64,000 nt of DNA from Eledone cirrhosa (Eukaryota). The notes under the pieces are model-generated. The model ran no database searches. It was not told where the DNA came from and saw nothing but the letters and a program-made list of their open reading frames with translations. How positions within the stretch are numbered: the stretch's first letter is position 1; every line of letters begins with the position of its first letter. Where the stretch lies: contig OZ024750.1 of assembly GCA_964016885.1 (NCBI GenBank), forward strand, positions 36,890,001 to 36,954,000, written 5' to 3'. This document shows, one piece after another, positions 24,941-36,915 of the stretch. The position numbers and the translations under genes were made by a program.

Positions 24941-25774
24941 AATATGGTTTTATAAATTTAGTTTCCATTTATTAATATCGTATATATATATATATATATA
25001 TATATATTGTGGTAAAAAACCAGTAGGCAGTTGGTAGAGCACTCTATCCAAAGGACGAGTTCAGTATAGAGTTAGTTCCACAGCAAATTAGTAAACATCC
25101 CTTCTCACTACAGCTATACACAGGTTGAAAATTCATCCAGTGAAACGCATGTCTTCAAGTATGGTTTGCTAATTTATTGTGGAACTAACTATATATATAT
25201 ATATAGAGAGAGAGATATAGGTTATTTTGTTTTCTATTAAACCTCCTCTATGTATGAAAGACCAAATTTAATATGGAAGCCTGTTAATTGAAACCAATAC
25301 TAAATAACTTATAAGCTCAATGAAATAACTCTACATTCTCAGTCATATAATTGTATTCTGAAGTTATCTCTTTAGTAATGTGTTAATTATGAAATCAATT
25401 GTTTTTACACATTATATCCAGAGTAAGCCTTGTGTTGAAAGGGTCCAGATAATGATTAAAAATATTGTTCAGCTCTTTAAGAGAAAGTTTTAAAAAAAAG
25501 AATAAGAAGGAAAACAAATTGCTCCCATAAATATTGATTATAGGCATCAATATTATCTGGTAGAAGATGATCAAAACTTTTAGCAACATAGCACTGACTG
25601 AGAAAAGCATTATTAAATCTAAAGGTTTTATAGATAAAATCTATGAAAATACATTAATGCTTAATGCCTTGTACCACATGAAACTACATTAGCAAGACAT
25701 TGTTAAAAACGTACAAAATACCACTATGTCTGCATCACATGATAAATTCTAATCTTCATTTTAGTTTATTGAAA

Positions 25775-26065
25775 ATTTTCACAAAAATCTGTCCACTAGT
25801 AAAGATACTATAAACATTCAAATTAACAAACTTGTTTTTAGATATCTTATGCTAAATCATTACAAGATAGTAAGAGGTAATACTACATATTTTCACAATC
25901 TGTCCATTAGTAGAGATAATATAAACATTTGATTTAACAAACCTGTTTTTAGATATTTTCTGTTAAATCATTACAAGATATTTTCACAATCTATCCACTA
26001 GTAAAGTACTATAAATATTTGAATCTACAAACATGTTTTTCTGTTCGATCATTACAGGATGTTAT
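25775..26065. repeat. ~90-110-bp tandem repeat interrupted by the CR1 LINE (resumes 29358-29465)
   Basis: TTTTCACAATCTGTCCA..TAGTA.AGAT..TATAAACATT units on both sides of the LINE. Confidence 0.7.
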
Positions 26066-29000
26066 AATAATGAAATTATTGTGTACAGTGCTCAGGTGCA
26101 CTACAACTCGTCAAAGGTGCATCTATAGTACATAGAATAATTGTTTCCACTTTAGGCACAAGGCCAGCAATTACCCAGTACATTACTGGTACTTTATTTT
26201 ATCGACCCCGTAAGGATGAAAGGCAAAGTTAACCTTGGCGGGATTTGAACTCAGACCGTAAAGGGACGTAACTATGCTAGAAAGCATGGCGTCCGACTCT
26301 CTACCGATACTGCCAATTCCCCGCCCTATAGTACATAGAATAATATACAAATGTCAAGTGAATAGTGTATGAGTCATGATATACATGTGTGTATATGTAT
26401 GGAGGGGGAATATTAGGTGTAGTGTTGGTGAATCTCAGAAAGCATGGAGGTTTTGAAGGATGCAGTGTTTTGACAGCTAACAACTGATGCAGGTAGTTTG
26501 TTCCATGCTTCAGCAACTCTGAGCGTGAAAAAATGTTTCCGAAAGTCATGGGAACTGTGCTGTTTTCTGACTTTGTGGGCATGCCCACATGTGTTAGACA
26601 CATGGAAATCAAAAAGGTACTCAGGGTTGTTGTTGGCAAGATGGTTAATAATTTTGTGCGTGTTTACCAAGTCAGTTGCCAGACGTCGGAGCTTCAATGT
26701 ATCCATGCCCAGGGAAGCAAGGTGTTCAGAGTAAGGTAGATGCCTGATGGAGGGTATTCACTTGGTTGCACGTCTCTGAACAGTTTCCAGGCTGTCAATG
26801 TTCTGAGCAAGATAGGGGTTCCAGACTGGTGATGCAAATTCTAAGTGTGGTCGCACCATAGCTATGTACAGCTTTAAATAGATAGCTGGAGAGCGGCAGA
26901 CAAAGGTCTTGCTGAGTGATGCTAAGACACCCTCGGCCTTCTTGACAATTTTAGAGATGTGCTTTGTCGAACACAAACCGCTGCAGACAGTAATGCCCAG
27001 GTCACGTTCACACGAGAACTTCTTCATATCAGTGTTGTGGAGGGAGTATGTGGACGCTGGATTTTTCCTCCCAAAATGCCTGGTGGTACATTTGTCCACA
27101 GCCAGCTTCAGTTGCCAGTCTGTGATCCATTGCTGCATTGTGTCCAGGTCTGATTGTAGGAAAGAGTTATAAATTTCAGGATCTGTCCTTTTGATTTCAA
27201 GGTACAGCTTGATGTCATCTGCATATTTCAGTACTGTGGCATTCTTTAAGTTGGCATCTATGTTATTAATGTATGCAACAAACAAAAGGGGACCAAGAAC
27301 ATATCCCTGTGGTACACCAGATGACATCTCACATGGTGAAGAATGCTGTCCTAGAACCGTGACTACTTCTTTTCGGCTGAGAATGAAGGATTTCAACCAG
27401 TTAAAAAGATCATCCTTCACACCCATTGCAGAGAGTTTTGCCATAAGTCTTTTGTGTGGCACAGAATTAAAAGCCTTAGCGAAGTCAAGGTAAACAACAT
27501 CCACCCATGAGCCGCTGTCAGTGATCCGGGTAATGTCTTCAAGGAACTCGATAAGCTGATCACAGCAGCTGGAGTTAGGGATAAATCCAAATTACGAGGG
27601 CCGTATGAGGCTGTGAGAGCTCCAGAAGTTCCAAAGTGTTTCTCTGACACAGGATTCCATCAGTTTGGCAATACAGCTAGTAAGACTGACTGGACGATAG
27701 TTGACAGGTGATGTGCGGTCGCCCTTTTTGAACAGGGGAATGACACTGGCAGTTTTCCACTGCTCCGGAATAGCACCATTGTTGAGACAGTATTGAAAGA
27801 AGAAAGAAAGCTGATGCAAAAGGAAGTACCCGCCACGTTTGAGAAGCAGGTATGTAACACCATCAAGACCAGGGGAGGCATAGTTGCGCTTATTCTTAAG
27901 GTGACATTGCAGCATTGCAGGTGTAAATTCCATAGTTGTTATGGAATTTGATGTTAGAGATGGTGGAGATGGTAAATTCTGGTTTTCAACAGTAAAAATG
28001 CTTGCAAGGCACTCAGCAATGAGTTCTGCGCATTCTTTGGGATCGTCAGTGATATGGCATGTGTGGGGATTGCGAAGAGGACCAACTGGAGAGTGAGGTC
28101 TCTGCTTTGAATGTACATATTTCCAGAACACCTTACTGTCAGGATTGGTTGCTATGCACTGTTCAAATTCAAGCAATGCCTTTTTTGTCACTTGCTTGAG
28201 ATGGTTGGAATATTTATTTCCCTTTTTTCTGTTGGCATCTGATTTATGCAGTTTATATTCCCGTTCAGCATTCCGACATTCTTTCCTGGCAAGTCGGACC
28301 GCTGAAGTTTCCCAAATTGCACTTTTGGGGTGGATTTTTTTCTGCTTACGTGGCGCTGATGCTGCACACACTATCCATATTGAGTCCAGGATGTTCTGGA
28401 GTATAGTGTTCACATCTCCAGAGTTATAGAACTCATGCCAGTTTGGGCACTGTAGCTCAGTGCAGTACAAGTTCCAATCTGCTTTCTACTAATCAAAGGA
28501 AGCAGATTGGAGATGTTTCTGGTTTTTGTTGCTGCTCGCAAGAGCCAGATTGGCAATGATCATAGCATGATCAGAGTTGCCTAGAGGTTCCTCAGTAGTA
28601 CAACTGATAACCACTTCAGGAGTAGAGGTGAAGAGCAGGTCCAAAGTGTTGTCACCTCTTGTTGGAGAGGTGACTACTTGTGACCAGTTTGAGTCCAGCA
28701 CTAGCTCAAGGAAATCGTTTGCACTTTGTGGTCAACGAAAGGTTTCCCAATCGATCTCAGGATGATTGAAGTCACCTGCAATAAACACATAAGTGGCTGC
28801 TTTGCTGGCAGCAGCTCTGAGGATATCACAAACCTGTGTGGCCTGATGGTAGTGTGGGAGGCGATAAACAACACCAAGCAGAAGTGTTGACATGGTCATA
28901 CATATGTCACAGAAAAAAACTTCTTCTTGTGATTCGTTCAAAAAATTTGAACGAACGTAGACCATCACACCACCACCACGGCGATTAATGCGGTCCTTGT

Positions 29001-29340
29001 GGAACAGGTTGTACCCAGTAATGCTGAAAACCCCATCACAGAGTAAGGAATATGCCCATGTTTCCGTGACTGTGATGAAGTCAGGGTCGATGCTTCTGAT
29101 GTAGGAGTTAAACAGACGTATCTTGTTGCATAAACTGCGAGCATTTAAGGACAACAATTTGAACCCTGCTTGCAGTTTATGATGGTGTGTAGAGGATGGC
29201 AGGTTGTTCTGGTTTAGTTTCCCAGAGTTGTTGCAGTTTTTTCATTGCCAGTTATTGTGGGTAGAGCGCACTCAGACCAGCTGGTATCTCTCTTCCACGT
29301 TTCACCAGCCTTAACAAAGCTCCAGATCTGCCCATCATCA
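26066..29340 (-). mobile_element. CR1-clade LINE, nearly complete ORF2 (APE+RT), frameshifted
   Basis: LSLNARSL, VTETW, AGDFNHP, LDLLFT, SDH (APE); NYRPVSL, YLDFAKAF, GVPQG, YADD (RT); RPHLEFASPVWNP C-terminus. Confidence 0.92.
26142..26325 (-). mobile_element. SINE family B inserted in the CR1 3' UTR, 19-bp TSD
   Basis: CTATAGTACATAGAATAAT at 26123-26141 and 26326-26344. Confidence 0.9.
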
Positions 29341-29984
29341 CGCAGACTAAAACTTTCATACTACATATTTTTACAACAATCTGTTCATTAGTACAGATAT
29401 TATAAACATTTAAATTAACAAACTTGTTTTTAGATGTTTTCTGTTAAATAATTACAGGATGTTATATATTAACGAAATATAAACTTACATCTTTTTTACA
29501 AATTCTCAATGTGTCAAATGATTTCATGATGATAGTTTTGGGAATGTTATTGATTAAACATCTGTGGAATTGCTTACAGATCAAACCCACAGCAACTAAA
29601 ACCTTCTCTTAGTAAGAAAAGTGATATATTTATTTGATCGACTTATAATACAACTTTTATGGTTACAAATATTTGTTATAAAGTAGTTACGTAATTTATG
29701 AGTACAACACATTACAGAATACGATACTGGTTTCATTTGAATAACTATATTTACAAAAGAGATTACATGAGAAATTGCAATGTTCATATCTTTGCATGTG
29801 CATTACAGTATATATGAAAACGATGCAGAATGGTTTCAATGTGAAATAAAATCTAAACAAGCAAATAATCTCAGTTATTGATGTATTTATACAATTTCTG
29901 AAGCTTAGCTTTGTTGGTTACAGGCTACCAACTTGTTTACTGTATTTCTGATCAGTTCAGTGTTTCTAACTATTGGAAGAAATA

Positions 29985-30200
29985 ATGATTTCTATTGTAG
30001 GCACAAGGCCAGCAATTTTGGGGGCAAGGGAAAGTCCATTAAATTGACTCCAGTGCATTACTGGTGCTTTATTTTATCAATCCTGCAAGGATGAAAGGCA
30101 AAGCTAACCTCAGCAGGATTTGAACTCAGAATGTAAATGGCTGTAACTCTATGCCACAAAGCAGTGTCCAACACTCTACCAATTCTGCCATTCCACCACC
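29985..30200 (-). mobile_element. SINE family B (longer variant)
   Basis: Family homology. Confidence 0.75.
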
Positions 30201-30249
30201 CTAGTGTGGAAGAAATAATGCATTTGGGAAATAAGGTGAGCATATATTG

Positions 30250-30480
30250 AACAATGGCGTTACTTGCAATGAATTCCATACAGGGTGGACCACGTGAAGG
30301 TTGCCATCTCCCAATTCATTGATGAAAAATGAAAGACAGCTCAGCATGTGACTGTTGGGACTCTGACCAGACAGTGGTGCATGTTGTTTGGGATTGCCCC
30401 CTCAGGCATTTTCCCGGTGGCCTGGAGGCAATCCATAATGTTGCAAATGACGCCTTAGTCCGGTTTGCCAATCTTGATCT
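30250..30480 (+). mobile_element. Possible L1/Tx1 C-terminal zinc-knuckle remnant
   Basis: DCWDSDQTVVHVVWDCP starting near 30350. Confidence 0.35.
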
Positions 30481-30887
30481 ATCTCTCTAACTATTTGTGC
30501 ATATATCATATGACAAGAAGATTTGGGAAACAAAAATTTTTTTTTTATTTTTAGTTTTCCTATCAGGGCTTAGAATCTTTGGTAATAATACACCTCTCTA
30601 GTGCTGGTGCCGCAATAAAATGTACTCAATAGAGTGTGGGAACATTTGAAAGTGAGATGCAGGCCCCTAACCTATCTGACTCTCAATAGAGCATGAGACA
30701 CTATGTGAAATATAAAGCCCTGGTTCATCTGAGAAGTCAGTAGCTCCACTTGAGTACTGGTTTGATCTGTGAAAACCTGTCCAACTCTTGATATAGCAGG
30801 GAAGACAAATATTAGATGATGATGATGATGATGACAACAACGATACATGGGTTAAAGTACACCTACTGAATATATTACGTACATTAA

Positions 30888-31086
30888 CTCTTTAGCATTT
30901 AAACCAATCATATCCTGCCACAATTCTCTCACCTCGTTCTGTTGAAACTGGCTGTAACTGGCCACTCATACTGATGTTAAGGTATTGTTCTCAATAGATT
31001 CGATATTATGTGACATAATTATGTGAGGTAAAACCTTTACCATGAAAATATAATAGTATATATAGAGTAATGTTAAAGCTAAAGGG
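30888..31086. mobile_element. piggyBac-like MITE
   Basis: TTAA flanks and family homology. Confidence 0.8.
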
Positions 31087-32389
31087 TTAAACCCTACATA
31101 TTTGTATTTAGGATGCAGTATGGTCCCCTTGGGTACTTTGCTTCAGTCAGATTTTTCTGATTCCAATTAAATATTTTTAAATGATTGCAAAATAAATATT
31201 TTGATTCTATAATTATCTCTACCAAAATAATTATTTTATTTATATAAAAGATAATGTTTTATTGTATATAACCGACAGGACATACCAAACATATAGCTGA
31301 AATTCCATGTATCTCCTACTTTCTATCATTAACTGGTTTCAATTATTGAACTCTGCTAAAGTTAGGACTCATCTTCAAGGATTTTAGTCAATTTCATGAG
31401 CTTCAGTAGTTGGCTAGTACACACATTTATTGATATTATATGAGATAAGACAAGATAAGACAACCTTGATGTAAAATGACTTCTGAAGTCCTGGCTTAAA
31501 TGCTCACAAGGAAATGGACTCTGTTAAAAACACCCAAGTACTAGAGATCTGGCCCAAATGTTCACAACAGAATGTAATCTACTAAAGGCACCCAAGGGCA
31601 AGTTAGTGGTGTTAAACTAGGAGATGGATTAAGTCTACCACCCAAATAAGGCACAACAGGATTTGAACTCATAATGGACAAATGTCACAATGTTACATGA
31701 CATCCTGTCTGATGATCTAATAATTCTGCCAGTCCACTGCCCTAGACTGGTACTATGTTTATGAAGCTCAGGAGAAAGAAAGGCAAATTTAACCTCAATG
31801 AGATTTGAACTCAGAATACAAGAGACTGGAATAAATACTATAAGGTATTTTCTCTAACACTTTAACAACTTTGCTAATTCATTTCTGCCTAACATGACCA
31901 GACTTAAATACTGTGAGATATTTTGATTGCTACACTAATGTCGGTTAACTAACATCAATATACATTCAATGTGCACAAAGATAGTTTCACTCACAAAATT
32001 TTGGTCAACCTGAAGCTAGGGTAAAAGCTGTTTGTCCAAGGCGCTTAACTGAGATTGAACCCATAACTAAAGTGAACTTCCTAGACACCCGAACTCTCCT
32101 GATCATATATGCTAAACATAGTTTTCTTCTAGCGAATGCCAGCCACAAATCTTTGGTCAACCTGAAACTAGGATAAAGGCTGTTTGCTCAAGGTGCCTAA
32201 TTGAGATTGAACCCATAACTAAAGTGAGCCTCCTAGACACACAGGAATGCGTAACCTTATATGCTAAACAGATTAGGTTAATGGATCAACTATAATACTA
32301 TGGTGTTAATATTATCATTTGTCACTTCAATTTAAGATGACTTTTATGAATCATTAGAGTGTTAGTCAAAATGTTTTGCAGCATTTAAT

Positions 32390-32860
32390 TAGAGCCTATT
32401 ATGTTCTGAGTTCAAATCTCACCAAGGTCAACTTTGCCTTTTATCCTTCTAGAGATAATAAAATAAAGTACCAGTCATGCACTGGGGTTCTTGTAATTGA
32501 CTCTCTCCTTCCACAAATTGTTGACCTTGTGCCTAAATTAGAAATCATTATTTATGTGAGTGGAGGTTGACTTTGCCTTTCATCCTTACGGGGTCGATAA
32601 AATAAAGTACCAGTAATGCACTGGGTATTTTGCTGGCCTTGTGCCTAAAGTAGAAACAATTATTTATGTGAGTGGATTGGCAGTATCGGTAGAGGGTTGG
32701 GCGCCATGCTTTGATGCATAGAGTTACGGCCCTTGCCTTTCTGAGTTCAAATCCCGCCGAGGTTAACTTTGCCTTTCATCCTTACGGGGTCGATAAAATA
32801 AAGTACCAGTAATGCACTGGGTAATTGCTGGCCTTGTGCCAAAAGTAGAAACAATTATTT
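32390..32860 (+). mobile_element. Three tandem SINE family B copies
   Basis: Family homology; each copy is followed by ATTTATGTGAG. Confidence 0.8.
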
Positions 32861-34273
32861 ATGTGAGGTTTTTAACTGAGATTTATATTTAGATACAGCA
32901 ACCATAGTTCAAACAGTCTTAGACAGTTTGTTATTAATCGTTTTTTTTAAATAATAATTATTGTTAATAAGAAATGATAACACTGTGAAATTTTGAAAAA
33001 GTGGTTTATTGGTTTACCTTTTTTAAGGTCAGTTCCTCCCACTGTAAAGATCTTCCTGTGATAGACTAGGATGCTATCAGCTGTAAGTTCTGTCTCATCT
33101 CTCGTGTTTATTACTATTGAAAATGGAGGTAGATAACACTCCCCCCTCTTAGATCTTTGTTATTGAGTCAAGGTTAATTTTATCTGAGTTTATAGATAGA
33201 ACATAATTGAGATGATGAATATTTATACAGTGTATCTAAGATGATACAGTATCAGGCAGAGTCAGTATGAATGACTTAATCTACCACCTAAACCTAATTT
33301 CTCCTTATAATCTACAGCCTTCTGCATCATTTCCAGTAATAAATCTTTCCAACTTGATTGTTGTGTTTTATGAATAAATTCTCACTGCTTTATGCATGAC
33401 ATATCTCAGGATAAATAAATTCAAATTACAACAGGTGTTAATGAATGTTTCAACAGAGTTTCAGAAAAAATATTGTTTTTAGAGTTTATCAAGATAAAAA
33501 TGAAAAAAAAAAAATAAAAAATAACAGAACCAAAAAAAGTAATCTGTTTGTCAATAAAACTTGTTAATTTTCTATAATTGGGCACAGAATTTGTTTAAGT
33601 TTTAAGAAGCGGACAAATAAATTAGCAGTCTTCACTTTGTTCCTAAATTTCAGATAAAATGACTCATGCATGAATAATTTCAACCATGAATCTGTAAACA
33701 GTTAAAAGCTTTGGCTTCACAGAATGTCATTTACACAATATGCAGATTTAAGTCTAATACAGCAAAGTATAGTTTTATTTCAAATAATTCCTGAAAGTGG
33801 CATTTAATTTATTTTCTTGCATGTATCAATATTGCTTGTGAGTATGGTACTTTGCAAAAGTGAAAAAGAAAAAAAAAACCATGATATCAAGAAGAAAAAA
33901 AATTAAAAGAAGTGATCAAAAATATCTGAGACAAATGATGACATTCCATTACTAGAAAAGAAATAAAAATTTAATAGCTCAAATATAAAAAAAATATGAT
34001 AATCCAAAAGATGTGTGAAGTGAAGTTGTTTTCATTTTAAAATTCTGTTGGAAATTATGTAAAATGTGGAAATGGTTACATTTCAATTTCAGAGATGCTG
34101 ACTGGTATGTAATAAGTATGATTATCACAATACCACTGACGCTTGTTGTCTTGTCATAAATTGATTGAATATTTTACTGATAGCATATAAAAATATGCAG
34201 TTTATAAATTAAGTATCCATACTATCAAAATTGTAAACTTATGCTATTTAGACTGTACTAATGTGTGAGGATG

Positions 34274-34600
34274 GTCAGGCTTCTGTCTGCTACTGGTAAC
34301 ATGTAAACCGAGTACAACCTGCGTCATAGTTGAATAGTTGGTGAGTAAACTGGCTCCCCCACCAGACCCTGGTCTGGTCATGTCAGGCTTTTGCCTGTTA
34401 CTGGTACCATGTAAACCTAGTACAACCTGCTTCATAGTTGAATGGGTGGTGAGTAAACTGGCTCCCCCACCAGACCCTGGTTTGGTCATGTCAGGCTTTT
34501 GCCTGTTACTGGTACCATGTAAACCTAGTACAACCTGTTTCATGGTCGAATAGTCAGTGACTAAACCAGCTCCCCCCCACCTAATTCTGGTCTGGTCAAC
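34274..34600. repeat. 111-bp tandem repeat (about 3 units)
   Basis: 37-aa periodicity in overlapping ORFs. Confidence 0.85.
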
Positions 34601-35424
34601 AGTACAAAAAACAAGAGCTGTTAAAAGGATGGAAGAACTCCCAGAATCATTGACCATCCACCCCAACTATGTGTTAAATAGCCTCACCAACCCACCATTG
34701 GCCAAGAGTGGTGAGTATGGCTACACCCCTAATATGACAAAAACCAAACAAAAAATGGTGGTGGTCAACCAGGGAGAGGTTCCTCCATCAAGAGTGAGAA
34801 GCCCTAGATTGGTATATTTGAGGACAATAGGGGCAGCAGGTTGTCAGCCTTCATCTTATTGCCAAGTTCATAGATGTTACCCAACCATTTTGCTCTGGGT
34901 CTCCTGTCGGTTGGTTTTGTTCATAAAAATCTGTCCAGCGATTCTTTCTAGAGACATTCTAAACACATGCCCATAGTATCAGAGAAGTAGCAGCTCTACC
35001 TGGAATGACTCTTCTGATCTCTGTGTTACACACTTTATGAAATAACATTACTCCAAGACCCTTCGGAGGAACCCCCACTTCAGCCACTTGTATACACGAC
35101 CATGTTCTTTCGATCATTACCCAAGATTCATGACCATAAGTAAGGTTTGGCACAAATACTAAATGTTCATTGTTAATATCATTGGAGGATCTGTCATATA
35201 TTATGTTATATGGGAACATACCTTCATCTAGTATTGTCTGTATATAAGATTCACACATATAGACATATCCATGCTTTATTTATGTATCTATCTGGAGAAG
35301 ATAGGATAGATTGACTAAAAAAAAATGTTTGAAAATGTTTTCATGTCAAACCACTCCCTCTTCTTCTCTCTACACATTTATCTTCCTCTTGCCATTTACT
35401 AACCATACATACATGCTTGCTTTG

Positions 35425-35463
<39 letters not shown>

Positions 35464-36238
35464 GCTTGCCGAATACAAGCCAAAACTGGTTGCGGCCACA
35501 AGCAGGTTTTAACCCCCCACTCCCTCCCTATCTCCCTCTCTCTCTCTCTATATATATATATATATTAAAGAGTTAAACAAGATTCGATGAGTACATCAAA
35601 GAATAAGTTTTACAGTAGATTGGAAGCACTCTACAGTAGTGTTATAGGTAATTTTCGTTAAAAATTACACTTAAGGGAATATTCAACAGCGTATATTTTT
35701 CTTTCGTGGGCCTAGTAAATCCTTTAATTTTGTTTTCATAAAATTCAGAATTTTAGAAATGTAACACATTTAAAAAATTTATAAAGTTCATAAAATTAAT
35801 AAATATAAATAACCATCAACTTTTAAAAACTTAAAACTTTGATTCTTCACCCTAAAATAACATAAATTAAATATTTTGAAACTTAACCGCTTAGTCCTTA
35901 TGGTGAAAAAAAAGTTTTTGCATAAATTACTCCCTTTTATCTCTCCCTCTCTTTAATCATCTATCGGTTGCCTTCATAACTGTAATAAAATTTTAATTCC
36001 AGAGACGTCTTCCTCTATAATCATAATTTGTAGTATCCCACATTTTAAAATTTCTATAACTGTTACATTAAAGCAACGTTTTTCTTACTCATACCTTCTC
36101 TATTGAATCTATTACGTTTTCGCATTTTCTCATTATTAAGGTATAAATGTTGAGTTTTCTCTTAGGTTAATCACTACCTTGATTAAATCTTAACCATTTA
36201 AGATCTCAGGGTATGTCATGTATCATTATATTTTGTCT

Positions 36239-36915
36239 GCGTAGTTTTGTGAATGATTTTTCTATTTCTGACAGACAACTAATCATATTTACCTTCTTGA
36301 ATGTCGCAAATTTGGGCGGCAGACATAACACAGTCATTTCATTATTATCTATTTCCGTGTTCCCATAAATGTTGGTATTTTTGTTGTTGAACTCTTCTGA
36401 TAATGAGGTGTCGGCCATGTTGATACCGTCAATTTTGTCGGGATATCTATTGGTATACTCTATAGTATCCCGATTTAGCTTTGCCTGTTTAAGCCACTTT
36501 AGTTTCCTGTTAAAGTGCTTATCACATTCTTGAGTAATGTACTGTTCTTCGGGGCGTATAAGGCTTATAAATATTAGTTTTTCTGTTGGTGTGGTGATTT
36601 TAGCTATTTCTTGTATTAGGTTACGCTTTTGTTTTTCTTGATGACTTAATTCTCTATAGATCTTCTTTTTTATGTTTAGAATTAAAGTTCGTTTTAGCCT
36701 ATCTGCTTGTTTTTTGGTGAGTTGTAATCTTCTAACGTCGGTATTGATGGTGTTGGTGTAGATTCTAGAAGTGGCGCACAGCTTTATGAAGTGTAGTTGT
36801 CGAGATGTTATGGTTTTTCGTAGACAACAGAACATGGTGGTTTTCAGTATCTTGTTAGCCTGGCTAAGGCTTACGATATTTCGTTTCTGAATTTGTTTAG
36901 CAAGATTCTTTATCT
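36239..36915 (-). pseudogene. Inverted N-terminal domain of the PLE protein
   Basis: QIKNLAKQIQKRNI continues the pLTR-encoded start; LCLPPKFA motif; ends EKSFTKLR, which resumes on the + strand at 36916. Confidence 0.88.

Noticed and set aside
33017-33082. Possible 63-nt minus-strand coding exon (DSILVYHRKIFTVGGTDLKK)
   Set aside because: Poor polypyrimidine tract, no recognisable homology, no partner exons
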